A stretch of 64,000 nucleotides of DNA from an uncultured bacterium (GTDB taxonomy: Bacteria; Planctomycetota; DG-23; CBDVDV01), in NCBI GenBank assembly GCA_965372835.1, contig CBDVDV010000001.1:4593-68592 (forward strand), written 5' to 3'. Positions 9,254 to 18,182 of the stretch are shown here, piece after piece; position 1 is the stretch's first letter; every line of letters begins with the position of its first letter. The position numbers were made by a program, and so were the translations under genes. Below the pieces are notes generated by a model, which was not told the DNA's origin, did not search any database, and saw only the letters and a list, made by a program, of their open reading frames with translations.

Positions 9254-10294
9254 ATGCCGATTGTTGGAATCCTGACTGGTGGGGGTGATTGCCCGGGGCT
9301 CAACGCGGTGATTCGCGCGGCGGTGCGCCGAGTCGAAAACGACGGCTACAGTTGCCTGGGCATCCTCGACGGCTGGAAGGGACTGCTCACCGGCGAGACC
9401 GTTCCCCTGGATGTCGCCCGTACCAACGACATCATCTCCGAGGGGGGCACCATCCTGGGAACCAGCCGGACTAACCCGTACAAGAGGCCCGAAGACGTCG
9501 AGAAACTTCTGGCCACCTATAAGGACCTCGAACTCGACGCCCTCATCACCATCGGCGGCGACGACACCTTGGGTGTGGCAGACAAACTCTACCAGGAGCA
9601 CCAACTCAACGTGGTCGGCGTCCCCAAGACCATTGACAACGACCTCTCCTGCACCGATTTCACCTTCGGGTTTGACACCGCCGTCAACATCGCTACCGCA
9701 GCCGTCGACCGCATCATTACCACCGCCCGCAGCCATCACCGCTGCCTGGTGGTGGAGTGCATGGGTCGCCACGCGGGCTGGATCGCCGGCTATGTCGGCA
9801 TGGCCAGCGGGGCCGACATCACCTTGGTACCGGAAAAACCCATTGACATGGACCAGGTCATTGCCGTACTGAAACGGAACCGCCAGCGGGGGCGCAACTA
9901 CAACGTGGTGGTGGTGAGCGAGGGCGCGGTCTTTCAGGCCGGTGATTACGTAACCAGTTACGAGGGCGAGGCGGACGAGTTCGGGAACGTCCGTCTCGGT
10001 GGTGTAGGCAACCGGGTCGCCGAACTCGTCGAGAAGTACACCGGCTACGAGACCCGCAGTGTCGTGCTCGGTCACCTGCAGCGAGGCGGCGCCCCCACGG
10101 TGTTCGACCGCGTCCTGGCCACCCGTCTGGGCTATGCTGCTGCCGAACTGGTTCTCCGGGGTGAGTTCGGCAAGATGGTGGCCCTGCGGGGTAACCAGAT
10201 CATCGCCGCTGACCTGAGCGAAGCGGTCGGCCAGACCAAGACGCTGGACATGGACTTCTTTGCGATTGCAGAGGCCTTCTTCACGGTGGACTGA
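9254..10294 (+). CDS. pfkA: 6-phosphofructokinase, probably pyrophosphate-dependent type
   Basis: GGGDCPGLNAVIRA, GGDDT and PKTIDND motifs. Asp in GGDD and Lys in PKTIDND are the residues associated with PPi-PFKs rather than ATP-PFKs. Confidence 0.85.
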   Translation: MPIVGILTGGGDCPGLNAVIRAAVRRVENDGYSCLGILDGWKGLLTGETVPLDVARTNDIISEGGTILGTSRTNPYKRPEDVEKLLATYKDLELDALITIGGDDTLGVADKLYQEHQLNVVGVPKTIDNDLSCTDFTFGFDTAVNIATAAVDRIITTARSHHRCLVVECMGRHAGWIAGYVGMASGADITLVPEKPIDMDQVIAVLKRNRQRGRNYNVVVVSEGAVFQAGDYVTSYEGEADEFGNVRLGGVGNRVAELVEKYTGYETRSVVLGHLQRGGAPTVFDRVLATRLGYAAAELVLRGEFGKMVALRGNQIIAADLSEAVGQTKTLDMDFFAIAEAFFTVD

Positions 10295-10433
10295 AGGTTG
10301 GCTTCACGTGGCCCGCCGGTTGGCGGGTGCGTGAAGCATAGCCCGAACGTGGGTGACCCTGGTGTCCCCCCCACGCTGGGGCACCCACTCGGGCGCATTG
10401 TCCTTCGGGTCCGCTGGAACTGACCCGCCGGCC

Positions 10434-10456
10434 GGTCCTACGACTCGTATGAGCGG
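10434..10456. repeat. Copy 1 of 23-nt intergenic motif GGTCCTACGACTCGTATGAGCGG
   Basis: 20/23 identical to copies at 39381-39403 and 60460-60482. Confidence 0.6.
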
Positions 10457-10543
10457 GTGCGCCGGACTCCCTGGGAGCAGGTGTTGCCCCGCTTGCTCAC
10501 GGTGGGAGTGGGCCCGCCGAAGCGCGGTACTACATGATGATGC

Positions 10544-10571
10544 TGCAAATCTGGTTGGAAACCGGTATAGT
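10544..10571 (+). promoter_or_regulatory. Promoter candidate TGCAAA-N16-TATAGT upstream of the PilZ gene
   Basis: AT-rich hexamers in an otherwise GC-rich 332-nt intergenic region. Confidence 0.3.
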
Positions 10572-10626
10572 AGTATAAGGACGATGTGGTCGCCAGCATT
10601 GAGCTCGCTAAGTCGGAGTATGGCCT

Positions 10627-11040
10627 ATGACCATGGAGGACCCCAGCACCCCGAAGGAGCCGGGGAGCCGAGAGCGCCAAGGGCCGCGGAGGTTTGACGG
10701 TTCAGCTCAAATGAGGCCCGGGCACGCGAGGGCACCTAACAAGCGCCGCTACGGCCGCCGGCCTCTCTTTCGCCCCCTGACCGTCTATCGCCTTGGGCTT
10801 CGACTTTCCACGGGTCGCACCATGAACCTGAGCCCGGCCGGCGCCTGTGTCATTATGAGCAAGCCGATTCGGCTGCGCGTCGGGGACACGGTGCTGGCCG
10901 AAGTGGACGTTCCCCGCCGAGGACCCGACGGACTCCAGTTCGAGCAAGTCACCACGCCGGCCTGGGTCCGCCGAATCGAAGACCTGGGCCAGGAGCAATC
11001 TGTGGCCCTGGAGTTCCTGGAAGAAATTGACGTGGTCTGA
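10627..11040 (+). CDS. PilZ-domain protein (c-di-GMP binding candidate)
   Basis: RRYGRRP (RxxxR) followed by NLSPAGA (D/NxSxGG-like), the two PilZ c-di-GMP binding motifs. Start is uncertain. Confidence 0.6.
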   Translation: MTMEDPSTPKEPGSRERQGPRRFDGSAQMRPGHARAPNKRRYGRRPLFRPLTVYRLGLRLSTGRTMNLSPAGACVIMSKPIRLRVGDTVLAEVDVPRRGPDGLQFEQVTTPAWVRRIEDLGQEQSVALEFLEEIDVV

Positions 11041-11273
11041 CCAGCCGACTCCCCCGGCAGAGCCGCGGCGACACCCATCTGTCCGGTCCCGACTCCTCCG
11101 TCGCCGCCTGCTCAGGTTCAACCTGTCGCCGACGCAAGAACCCTTGCCCCACGAGCCCTAACCTGGTATCCTTTCTACGGTGTGGTGGTCCGCCCAACGG
11201 CGGGCTGCGGACACCCGCTCACCGGTGGAGTCGTGTGCACCGAGCCGAAGGCAGTTTTTGTGGGAGTGGCGCC

Positions 11274-11813
11274 TTGACCGACACAGTGAGTCGAAGCACC
11301 ACCATCGTCGCCGTCCACCACCAGGGGCAGGTGGCCATGGCCGGCGACGGCCAGGTGACCCTCTCCAACACCGTGGTCAAACACCAGGCCCGCAAGATTC
11401 GTCGACTCTACAAGGACCGGGTGCTGGTGGGTTTCGCCGGGTCGGCCGCCGACTCGCTGGCCCTGGTGGAGCGCTTTGAGGCCAAACTCAACGAGTTCCA
11501 GGGCAACGTCCCCAAGGCGGCCATTGAGTTGGCGCGGGATTGGCGGACCGACCGGATGTTGCGGCGGCTGGAGTCGGTGCTGGTGGTGGCCGACCGGGAG
11601 CACCTCCTCCTGGTGACCGGCGCCGGCGACGTCATCTCCCCTGACGACGGGGTCGTGGGTATCGGTTCCGGGGGTGCCTACGCGGCCGCAGCGGCGAAGG
11701 CCCTGGTCAAGCACGGGCAACTGACTGCTGAGGAGATCGCGCGGGAGGCCCTCACCATCGCTGCCCAGATCTGCGTCTACACCAACGAGCAGATAACCGT
11801 GGAAGTGTTATGA
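11274..11813 (+). CDS. hslV: ATP-dependent protease subunit HslV
   Basis: TTIVAV...GDGQVT...GSGG Ntn-hydrolase signature of HslV. TTG 11274 gives the typical 179 aa, but there is no Met directly before Thr-Thr, so a short propeptide or an alternative start is implied. Confidence 0.85.
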   Translation: MTDTVSRSTTIVAVHHQGQVAMAGDGQVTLSNTVVKHQARKIRRLYKDRVLVGFAGSAADSLALVERFEAKLNEFQGNVPKAAIELARDWRTDRMLRRLESVLVVADREHLLLVTGAGDVISPDDGVVGIGSGGAYAAAAAKALVKHGQLTAEEIAREALTIAAQICVYTNEQITVEVL

Positions 11814-13150
11814 GCACCCCGCTGACTCCCCGACAGATCGTCGCCGAACTCGACCACTACATCGTCGGACAGGACGCGGCCAAGCGGGCCGTGGCCGTGG
11901 CCATCCGCAACCGCTGGCGGCGACAACAACTGCCACCCGAACTCCGCGACGAGGTGGCCCCCAAGAACATCATCATGATGGGCCCCACCGGGGTGGGCAA
12001 AACGGAGATCGCCCGTCGGCTGGCCACCCTGGTGGGCGCCCCCTTCCTCAAGGTGGAGGCCACCAAGTACACCGAGGTGGGCTACGTGGGTCGCGACGTG
12101 GAGGGGATGGTGCGCGACCTGCTGGAAATCGCCCTGGGGACGGTCCGCCAGGAGGCCGCCCAAAGGGTCCAGGCCAAGGCTCGCCAGCAAGCCGAGGAGC
12201 GGCTCCTGGACCTCTTGCTCCCCCCTCCTCGATGGGAGGGCTCGCCCGGCGAAGGCGAAGCGGCCGAGTCCAGAAGCCGGGCCCGCGAGCGCCTGCGCCA
12301 GAAACTCCGCGCCGGCGACCTGCAGGAGCGCAACGTCGAACTCACCGTCGAGGACCGCACCGTCCCCGTTCAGGTCTTCAGCGCCATCGGCATGGAGCAG
12401 ATGGACGTCGACTTCAAAGACATGTTCGAAAAACTCATCCCCAGTCGCCAGCGTGAGCGTCGGGTCACGGTGCGCGAGGCCGGCGAGATACTCGCCCAGC
12501 AGGAAGTGGACAAACTCATCGACCGTGATGCGGTCACCCGCCAGGGCATCGAACTCGCGGAACAGACCGGCATCATCTTCATCGACGAGATCGACAAGGT
12601 GGCCGGTGGCGAAGGCGGTCACGGCCCCGACGTCTCCCGTATGGGCGTACAGCGCGACCTGCTCCCCATCGTCGAAGGCACCGCCGTAACCACACGTCAC
12701 GGGGTCGTGCGCACCGACCACATCCTGTTCATGGCCGCCGGGGCCTTTACCCGGTGCAAACCCTCGGACCTGATACCCGAGTTCCAGGGCCGTTTTCCCA
12801 TTCGGGTGGAACTGAGCGAACTGAGCCGCGACGACTTCGTCCGCATCCTCACCGAGCCCCGTTCCGCCCTCACCCGACAGTACGAAGCCCTGCTGGCCAC
12901 CGAGGGCATCACCTTAGCGTTCCAGCGAGACGCCATCGAGGAACTGGCCACCATCGCCGCCACCGTCAACCAGGCAGGCGAAAGCATCGGCGCCCGCCGA
13001 CTCTTCACCGTCATGGAGAGGCTCCTGGAGGAGGTGTCCTTCGAGGCACCTGAGCGGGGAGACGAGCGGGTGACCATCACCGCCGACTACGTCCGCGAAA
13101 AACTCGCCGACATCGTCAAGGACCGCGACCTGAGTCGCTACATACTCTGA
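11810..13150 (+). CDS. hslU: ATP-dependent protease ATPase subunit HslU
   Basis: 446 aa. [21 protein letters not shown] and Walker [16 protein letters not shown]. Start overlaps the hslV stop. Confidence 0.95.
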   Translation: MSTPLTPRQIVAELDHYIVGQDAAKRAVAVAIRNRWRRQQLPPELRDEVAPKNIIMMGPTGVGKTEIARRLATLVGAPFLKVEATKYTEVGYVGRDVEGMVRDLLEIALGTVRQEAAQRVQAKARQQAEERLLDLLLPPPRWEGSPGEGEAAESRSRARERLRQKLRAGDLQERNVELTVEDRTVPVQVFSAIGMEQMDVDFKDMFEKLIPSRQRERRVTVREAGEILAQQEVDKLIDRDAVTRQGIELAEQTGIIFIDEIDKVAGGEGGHGPDVSRMGVQRDLLPIVEGTAVTTRHGVVRTDHILFMAAGAFTRCKPSDLIPEFQGRFPIRVELSELSRDDFVRILTEPRSALTRQYEALLATEGITLAFQRDAIEELATIAATVNQAGESIGARRLFTVMERLLEEVSFEAPERGDERVTITADYVREKLADIVKDRDLSRYIL

Positions 13151-13245
13151 GAGTCGCAAGTCGCAGGTCAAACGCCGAGGTGCTGGGCGGGGGGGGAAGG
13201 GTGGCGACTTCTGACCCTGGGGTTGCGACTTTGAGTGGGCAGGCG

Positions 13246-13896
13246 ATGACCAACCTGAACGAGGACCTGTGCGGCCGACTCCGCTCGCGGTTCCGGCGGC
13301 GGCCGCTGGTCATCGTAATCGCCGGCGGCTCGGCCTCGGGCAAGGGGGCCGTGGCCCGGGCCTTAGCAGATTCCCTCAAGGCCCTGACGACCCGCATCGT
13401 CAACATGGACCGCTACTTCAAGCCCACCGACGAACTCCCCACGTATTACAGCCCCCGCATCGGTGGCCCCCATCCCGATTGGAACCAGCCCGACTCCTTC
13501 CGCCACCGGGAACTCACCGCCGACATGCGTCGGTGGGCCGGCGACGGTGCCTGTGGCGAACACGTGCTCATCCTGGAGGGCATCCTGGCGCTCCACTTCG
13601 ACGAACTGCGCCAGTTGGCGCACCTCTGCCTCTTCATCCACACTGACGCCGACGAACGCATCGTCCGCCGAATCCGCCGAAACATGACCGTTCGGAACAT
13701 GAAGTTCGATGAGGTGGCCGACTACTACGTCGAGTCGGTGCGTGATCGGCACCTCCAGTACGTCGAGCCCACCCGCCAGTTCGCCGACCTGGTCATCCCG
13801 GGCGGCTCCAGGCCCACGGAGACCAGCGAGCGCCAGGCTGCCCTCGATGCCTTGGTTTCAGCGTGCAAAACCTCCCTGGGCCGGTTGCGCACCTGA
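13246..13896 (+). CDS. Uridine kinase / phosphoribulokinase-family nucleoside kinase
   Basis: P-loop IAGGSASGKG and PRK/uridine-kinase-like core (DRYF, LILEGIL, IRRNMTVR). ATG 13246 chosen. Confidence 0.7.
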   Translation: MTNLNEDLCGRLRSRFRRRPLVIVIAGGSASGKGAVARALADSLKALTTRIVNMDRYFKPTDELPTYYSPRIGGPHPDWNQPDSFRHRELTADMRRWAGDGACGEHVLILEGILALHFDELRQLAHLCLFIHTDADERIVRRIRRNMTVRNMKFDEVADYYVESVRDRHLQYVEPTRQFADLVIPGGSRPTETSERQAALDALVSACKTSLGRLRT

Positions 13897-13934
13897 CAAT
13901 CGGCACGAATTCGCCCCGGGCAACCGCTTTTCCG

Positions 13935-13963
13935 TTGAGCCCGCTGCATGTCTGTGGGATAAT
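13935..13963 (+). promoter_or_regulatory. Promoter TTGAGC-N17-GATAAT for tRNA-Ser
   Basis: Hexamers with 17-nt spacing placed about 15 nt upstream of the tRNA 5' end. Confidence 0.45.
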
Positions 13964-13977
13964 TCATTTCCGTAGAA

Positions 13978-14070
13978 GGAGGGGTGTCCGAGTGGTTGAA
14001 GGAGCACGCTTGGAAAGCGTGTAGGCCCTCTTAAGGGGTCTCGCGGGTTCGAATCCCGCCCCCTCCGCCA
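13978..14070 (+). tRNA. tRNA-Ser (anticodon GGA), type II with long variable arm, CCA encoded
   Basis: Acceptor stem GGAGGGG/CCCCTCC, D-loop AGTGGTTGAA, anticodon loop TTGGAAA, long extra arm, T-loop GGTTCGAATCC, 3' GCCA. Confidence 0.9.
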
Positions 14071-14173
14071 TTAGACGCACCGGTCGCTCCGCTCCGGGTT
14101 TGCTCATGGTAAACCATTTGGGTTTCTGCCCCGGCAAAGAGGCCGACAGGTTCGCAGGGGCGCGGCGAATGGC

Positions 14174-14195
14174 GCCCTGAGCGTGTCGAAGGGCA
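14174..14195 (+). promoter_or_regulatory. Leader motif GCCCTGAGCGTGTCGAAGGGCA upstream of metG
   Basis: 21/22 identical to 36619-36640 upstream of the serpin gene. Potential 5-bp stem GCCCT/AGGGC. Confidence 0.5.
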
Positions 14196-14250
14196 GACCT
14201 GCGACGTGCGACCTGGGACTTGCCGTTTCCAGTGCCGAGGAAGGCTACGA

Positions 14251-15936
14251 ATGGGTAGGAAGTACGTCGTCACCAGTGCCTTGCCCTACGTCAACGGGGT
14301 CAAGCACCTGGGGAATCTCATTGGGTCGCTGCTGCCCGCTGACGTCTACGCCCGCTGGCTCAGGCTCCAGGGCGAAGACGTGCTCGCCGTCTGCGGGACC
14401 GACGAGCACGGCACCCCGTGCGAGATCGCCGCGCTCGAAGAGGGAGTGCCCGTAGCCGAGTACGCTGAGAAGTACTATCGCATCCAGAAAGACATCTACG
14501 AACGCTTCGGGCTCAGTTTCGACCACTTCGGGCGCACCTCCAGCCTCCACAACCACCGGATGACCCAGCACCTCTTCCTTCGTCTCTACGAAAACGGCTA
14601 CGTGTCTGAGCGGGAGACCAAGCAACTGTACTGTGTGGATCACGACCGGTTTCTCCCGGACCGCTTCGTCATCGGCACCTGTCCCATCTGTGGTTACGAG
14701 CGGGCCCGGGGCGACCAGTGCGAAGCCTGCGCCAGGCTCCTGGACCCGGAAGAACTCATCAATCCGCGCTCGGCCGTCTGCGGGGGAAGCAACCTCATCC
14801 TCAAGTCGTCCCGCCACCTCTTCCTCGACCTGCCCAAACTCAAGGACCGTGTCAAAGTCTGGGTGGACACCAAGGGGCATTGGCCACGCACCAGCCGCTC
14901 TATCGCCTACAAGTGGCTGGGGGAGGGCCTGCGGGAACGCTGCATCACCCGCGACCTGGAGTGGGGCATCAAGGTGCCGCTGGAGGGCTACGAAGACAAG
15001 GTTCTCTACGTCTGGTTCGATGCGCCCATCGGCTACATCGGCATCAGCATGGAGTGGGCCGAACTGCGCGGTGAGCCCGAGCGCTGGCAGGAATACTGGA
15101 AGGACCCGGAGACGCGTCTGGTGCAGTTCATCGCCAAGGACAACGTGCCCTTCCACACGGTGACCTGGCCGGCCACCATGATGGGCGCGGACGACGGCTT
15201 CGTCCTGGCCGACATGGTCAAAGGCTTCCAGTACCTCCTCTACGAGGGGGGCAAGTTCTCCACCAGCGAGGGCCGCGGTGTCTTCACCGACCAGGCCCTG
15301 GAACTGTTCCCGGCTGACTACTGGCGATACTACCTGCTCCTGATTGCGCCAGAGCGCGGGGATTCCAACTTCGAGTGGCCGGGCTTCCAGCAGGCCGTCA
15401 ACAAGGACCTGGCCGACGTGCTGGGTAACTTCGTCCACCGCACCCTCACCTTCATCCACAGCCGGTTCGACGGCACGGTGCCGGCAGCGCAGGGCCTCAC
15501 TCCACGTGACCTGGCCATGCGGGAGCGCACAGGTGAGCTCGCCGAGCAACTAAAGACGGAGATGGGACTCTATCGCTTCCAGATGTCGGTGCGGGCGCTG
15601 CGGGAACTGTGGCGTGAGTGCAACCGGTACTTCGACGACAGGGCCCCCTGGCAGGCCGTCAAGACGGATCGGGCCGACGCGGCCACTACGCTGTCAACCG
15701 CCACGCACCTCTGCCGGAGCATCGCCGTGCTGACCGCGCCCTTCCTGCCTCATACCTCGAGCGAGATCTTCTCCTTGCTGGGCCTCAAGGAGGACGTCCA
15801 CCAGGGCCGTTGGGGGCAGGCACTGGACTTCGAATGCCTGTCAGGACGGGCTCTGCCAGCCAAGCCCAAGCCACTCTTCAAGAAGGTCGAAGACGAACAG
15901 GTTGCCCAACTTCACGACCGTTTCGCCGGTGAGTAG
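14251..15936 (+). CDS. metG: Methionine--tRNA ligase (short form, no C-terminal tRNA-binding extension)
   Basis: HLGN (HIGH-class motif), zinc knuckles CPICG...CEACAR, and KMSKS-like KFSTSEG. Start at ATG 14251 after RBS GAGGAAGG. Confidence 0.93.
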   Translation: MGRKYVVTSALPYVNGVKHLGNLIGSLLPADVYARWLRLQGEDVLAVCGTDEHGTPCEIAALEEGVPVAEYAEKYYRIQKDIYERFGLSFDHFGRTSSLHNHRMTQHLFLRLYENGYVSERETKQLYCVDHDRFLPDRFVIGTCPICGYERARGDQCEACARLLDPEELINPRSAVCGGSNLILKSSRHLFLDLPKLKDRVKVWVDTKGHWPRTSRSIAYKWLGEGLRERCITRDLEWGIKVPLEGYEDKVLYVWFDAPIGYIGISMEWAELRGEPERWQEYWKDPETRLVQFIAKDNVPFHTVTWPATMMGADDGFVLADMVKGFQYLLYEGGKFSTSEGRGVFTDQALELFPADYWRYYLLLIAPERGDSNFEWPGFQQAVNKDLADVLGNFVHRTLTFIHSRFDGTVPAAQGLTPRDLAMRERTGELAEQLKTEMGLYRFQMSVRALRELWRECNRYFDDRAPWQAVKTDRADAATTLSTATHLCRSIAVLTAPFLPHTSSEIFSLLGLKEDVHQGRWGQALDFECLSGRALPAKPKPLFKKVEDEQVAQLHDRFAGE

Positions 15937-15977
15937 CAGCAACGAAGCCATTGCCTCAACGGGAAGGGGATCAGACC

Positions 15978-17495
15978 ATGCGCTGGGTACTCTGGGCCGT
16001 GTTTCTTGGCGCGCTTGTCGCGACGGCGGGGGCGGGAACGACCGTGACGGTCGAAGCCGGAAAAGACATCGGCCCGGTGCCGAGGGCCCTCTTCGGCACC
16101 AACCTCCGGCCCAACATGGAGAGCAAGGACGCCGTCCTGGAGTTCCTCCGTGACACGGGCATCACGGTCTTTCGCTACCCCGATGCCCGCGATGGTGGCT
16201 ACGTCTGGAAGTGGCCCGAAGGGGTGATGCTGCGACAGGGCAAGCCCTCGATCTCCTGGCTGGGTAGGCTGGACGGCGTCGTCGAGTTCGCCAGGCAGGT
16301 GGGAGCCGACCTGACCTTCACCGTCCGCATCCAGGGAGGCGCCACCGCTGAGGAAGCGGCCGAAGTGGTCCGTCAGGTCAAGGCCCGGGGCATCACCGGG
16401 GCCTACTGGTGCCTGGGCAACGAACCGTATTTCAAGAGCAGTCAGGAAACCTACGTCGCTCCGGAAGACTACGTCAAACTGACCCGCCGATTCGTCTCGG
16501 CAATGAAGGCCGTTGACCCCACTGCCAGGGTGGGTATCGCCTGGGGTGGGCAGTACATCAACCGCCAGAGCGACCCTGGCCGCGACGAGAAGGTCCTGGC
16601 CGGGACCGCTGATGTCATCGACTTCATCGACCACCACTTCTACACCGGCCGACCACAGGGCAATGAAGACCCCTGGGACCCGATGAAGATTGTCGCCGGC
16701 GCTCTGCGGGTGAAGCAGGACGTGGACTACTTCAGGGAGATCTTCCGACGCGTCGCTCCTGCGCACGCCGAGCGCATCGAGATGCACTCCTGGGAATGGA
16801 GCGGACCGCCCTGGCCCAGGTGCGGGGGGATGCAAAGGCTGGCGACAGCGGTCTTTGCTGCCGATGCCCTGGGTGAGTTTGCTCGCAACGGCATCACCCT
16901 GGCTTGCCAGTACAATCTTCAGGAGCACCACTGCGGGCTTATCCCGGGCTACACCAAGGAGTGGGAAGGTGGCTACGAGACCAGCCCCTGGAACGGGAAG
17001 ACTGTGCGCCCGCTGGCCTACGCCATCAAGTTGTGGAGTCGATACATGGGTCCGGTGTTAGTGGAGTGCTCCGTCGCCGGCGCCTCCACCTACCACACCG
17101 AGGATTGGCACACCTACGTCAACTATCAGGGGGACGTGCCTTACCTCACTGCCCACGCCACCCGCTCCCAAGACGGCAAGACCCTTCACCTGATGGTTAT
17201 CAGCCGACACCCTACCGACGATCTCGAAGCCACCATCAGGCTGCGGGGGTTCCGCCCGAGAGCCGAGGTGACCGTGCGCACGCTCAACGGCCCCGACTTC
17301 CTGGCCCACAACGACTACTACAAGGAAGGTGACTGGCGCAGTTGGCGTTCCGTTGCCGACGTGCCTCCCATCACCTGCACCCTGAGCGAAGATCGGACCC
17401 GCCTCGCCTTCACCGCCGGCGGTGACCAGGCGACGGCTGAGTACACTTTCCCCGCGCACTCGGTGACCCAGTTGGTCTTTGAGCGGGCTGAGTAG
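15978..17495 (+). CDS. Secreted glycoside hydrolase, clan GH-A-like (GH39/GH30/GH51-type fold)
   Basis: Signal peptide MRWVLWAVFLGALVATAGA. Catalytic-acid-like WCLGNEPY motif typical of (beta/alpha)8 GH-A enzymes. Family assignment not resolvable by eye. Confidence 0.55.
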   Translation: MRWVLWAVFLGALVATAGAGTTVTVEAGKDIGPVPRALFGTNLRPNMESKDAVLEFLRDTGITVFRYPDARDGGYVWKWPEGVMLRQGKPSISWLGRLDGVVEFARQVGADLTFTVRIQGGATAEEAAEVVRQVKARGITGAYWCLGNEPYFKSSQETYVAPEDYVKLTRRFVSAMKAVDPTARVGIAWGGQYINRQSDPGRDEKVLAGTADVIDFIDHHFYTGRPQGNEDPWDPMKIVAGALRVKQDVDYFREIFRRVAPAHAERIEMHSWEWSGPPWPRCGGMQRLATAVFAADALGEFARNGITLACQYNLQEHHCGLIPGYTKEWEGGYETSPWNGKTVRPLAYAIKLWSRYMGPVLVECSVAGASTYHTEDWHTYVNYQGDVPYLTAHATRSQDGKTLHLMVISRHPTDDLEATIRLRGFRPRAEVTVRTLNGPDFLAHNDYYKEGDWRSWRSVADVPPITCTLSEDRTRLAFTAGGDQATAEYTFPAHSVTQLVFERAE

Positions 17496-17516
17496 CGGGG
17501 GGCCACCAGGCGGGTC

Positions 17517-18182
17517 CTACCGACGACGTAGGCCTACGACGAGCGCCAGCACCGTCATGACCGCCATGGCGCCCACGACCCACACCAGCCAGCCCATGCC
17601 GGGCGCTTGCGCTGGTCGGGGGATGCCCGAAATGACGACGGTGAGAGGCGCTCCTGCGGGGACGTCCCGGGCGCCTGCTATGAGGTAGCGGCCGGTGTCG
17701 GCGATCGACGGGGCGACCGCCGCTCCCTCGGGCCAGGTGACGTCGAGCGCGAGGCCTACCTCTTGAACGATCACCGTAGCCACAGTTACAGGCAAAGGGA
17801 GCGCCCGCTCGATGCTCATCGTTCCCGGACGCATCGGCAGAACGTACTTCCAGGTCAGATAGGGCCCCCCGCCTGCCTCGACGAAGTCGAGCACCACCTG
17901 GTCACCGGCTGGCCTCACGCCGACGCCGACCTGGAAGAGAACTGCCTCCGCCGGCAACTGCATCCGCAGGCGCTTGCTGACGGCTTCGCCTGGTCCCGCC
18001 GTCGCCTCGTGCCCTTCCGGGCGTGCAATCATTTCCGTCACCACCAGTTGGTCGCGGGAGAAGTCGACGATGAAGTGGTAGTTGCTCACCCCGGGTCCGC
18101 TTGGTTGCTCCTGTCCCGGCGCCGGCGAAAGCCAGGCGACGAGCAAGATGGAGGCCGCGAGCAACACCGGGCTATTCCTCAT
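17517..18182 (-). CDS. Hypothetical exported protein with C-terminal TM anchor, last gene of the ccmE-ccmF unit
   Basis: Signal-peptide-like N-terminus MRNSPVLLAASILLVAWLSPAPG and C-terminal hydrophobic helix. Its start overlaps the ccmF stop (18179/18182). Confidence 0.5.
   Translation of the reverse strand: MRNSPVLLAASILLVAWLSPAPGQEQPSGPGVSNYHFIVDFSRDQLVVTEMIARPEGHEATAGPGEAVSKRLRMQLPAEAVLFQVGVGVRPAGDQVVLDFVEAGGGPYLTWKYVLPMRPGTMSIERALPLPVTVATVIVQEVGLALDVTWPEGAAVAPSIADTGRYLIAGARDVPAGAPLTVVISGIPRPAQAPGMGWLVWVVGAMAVMTVLALVVGLRRR

Noticed and set aside
10472-10488. Sigma54-like GG-N10-GC element (tGGgagcaggtgTTGCc) upstream of the PilZ gene
   Set aside because: The -24 half matches poorly (GGGAGC vs TGGCAC), and it lies about 140 nt from the start codon. 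Too weak to call, although rpoN is present in the genome.
13978-14110. Inverted repeat ATGGT-AA-ACCAT just after tRNA-Ser
   Set aside because: Only a 5-bp arm with a 2-nt spacer. It cannot form a stable hairpin and is not a terminator; likely chance.
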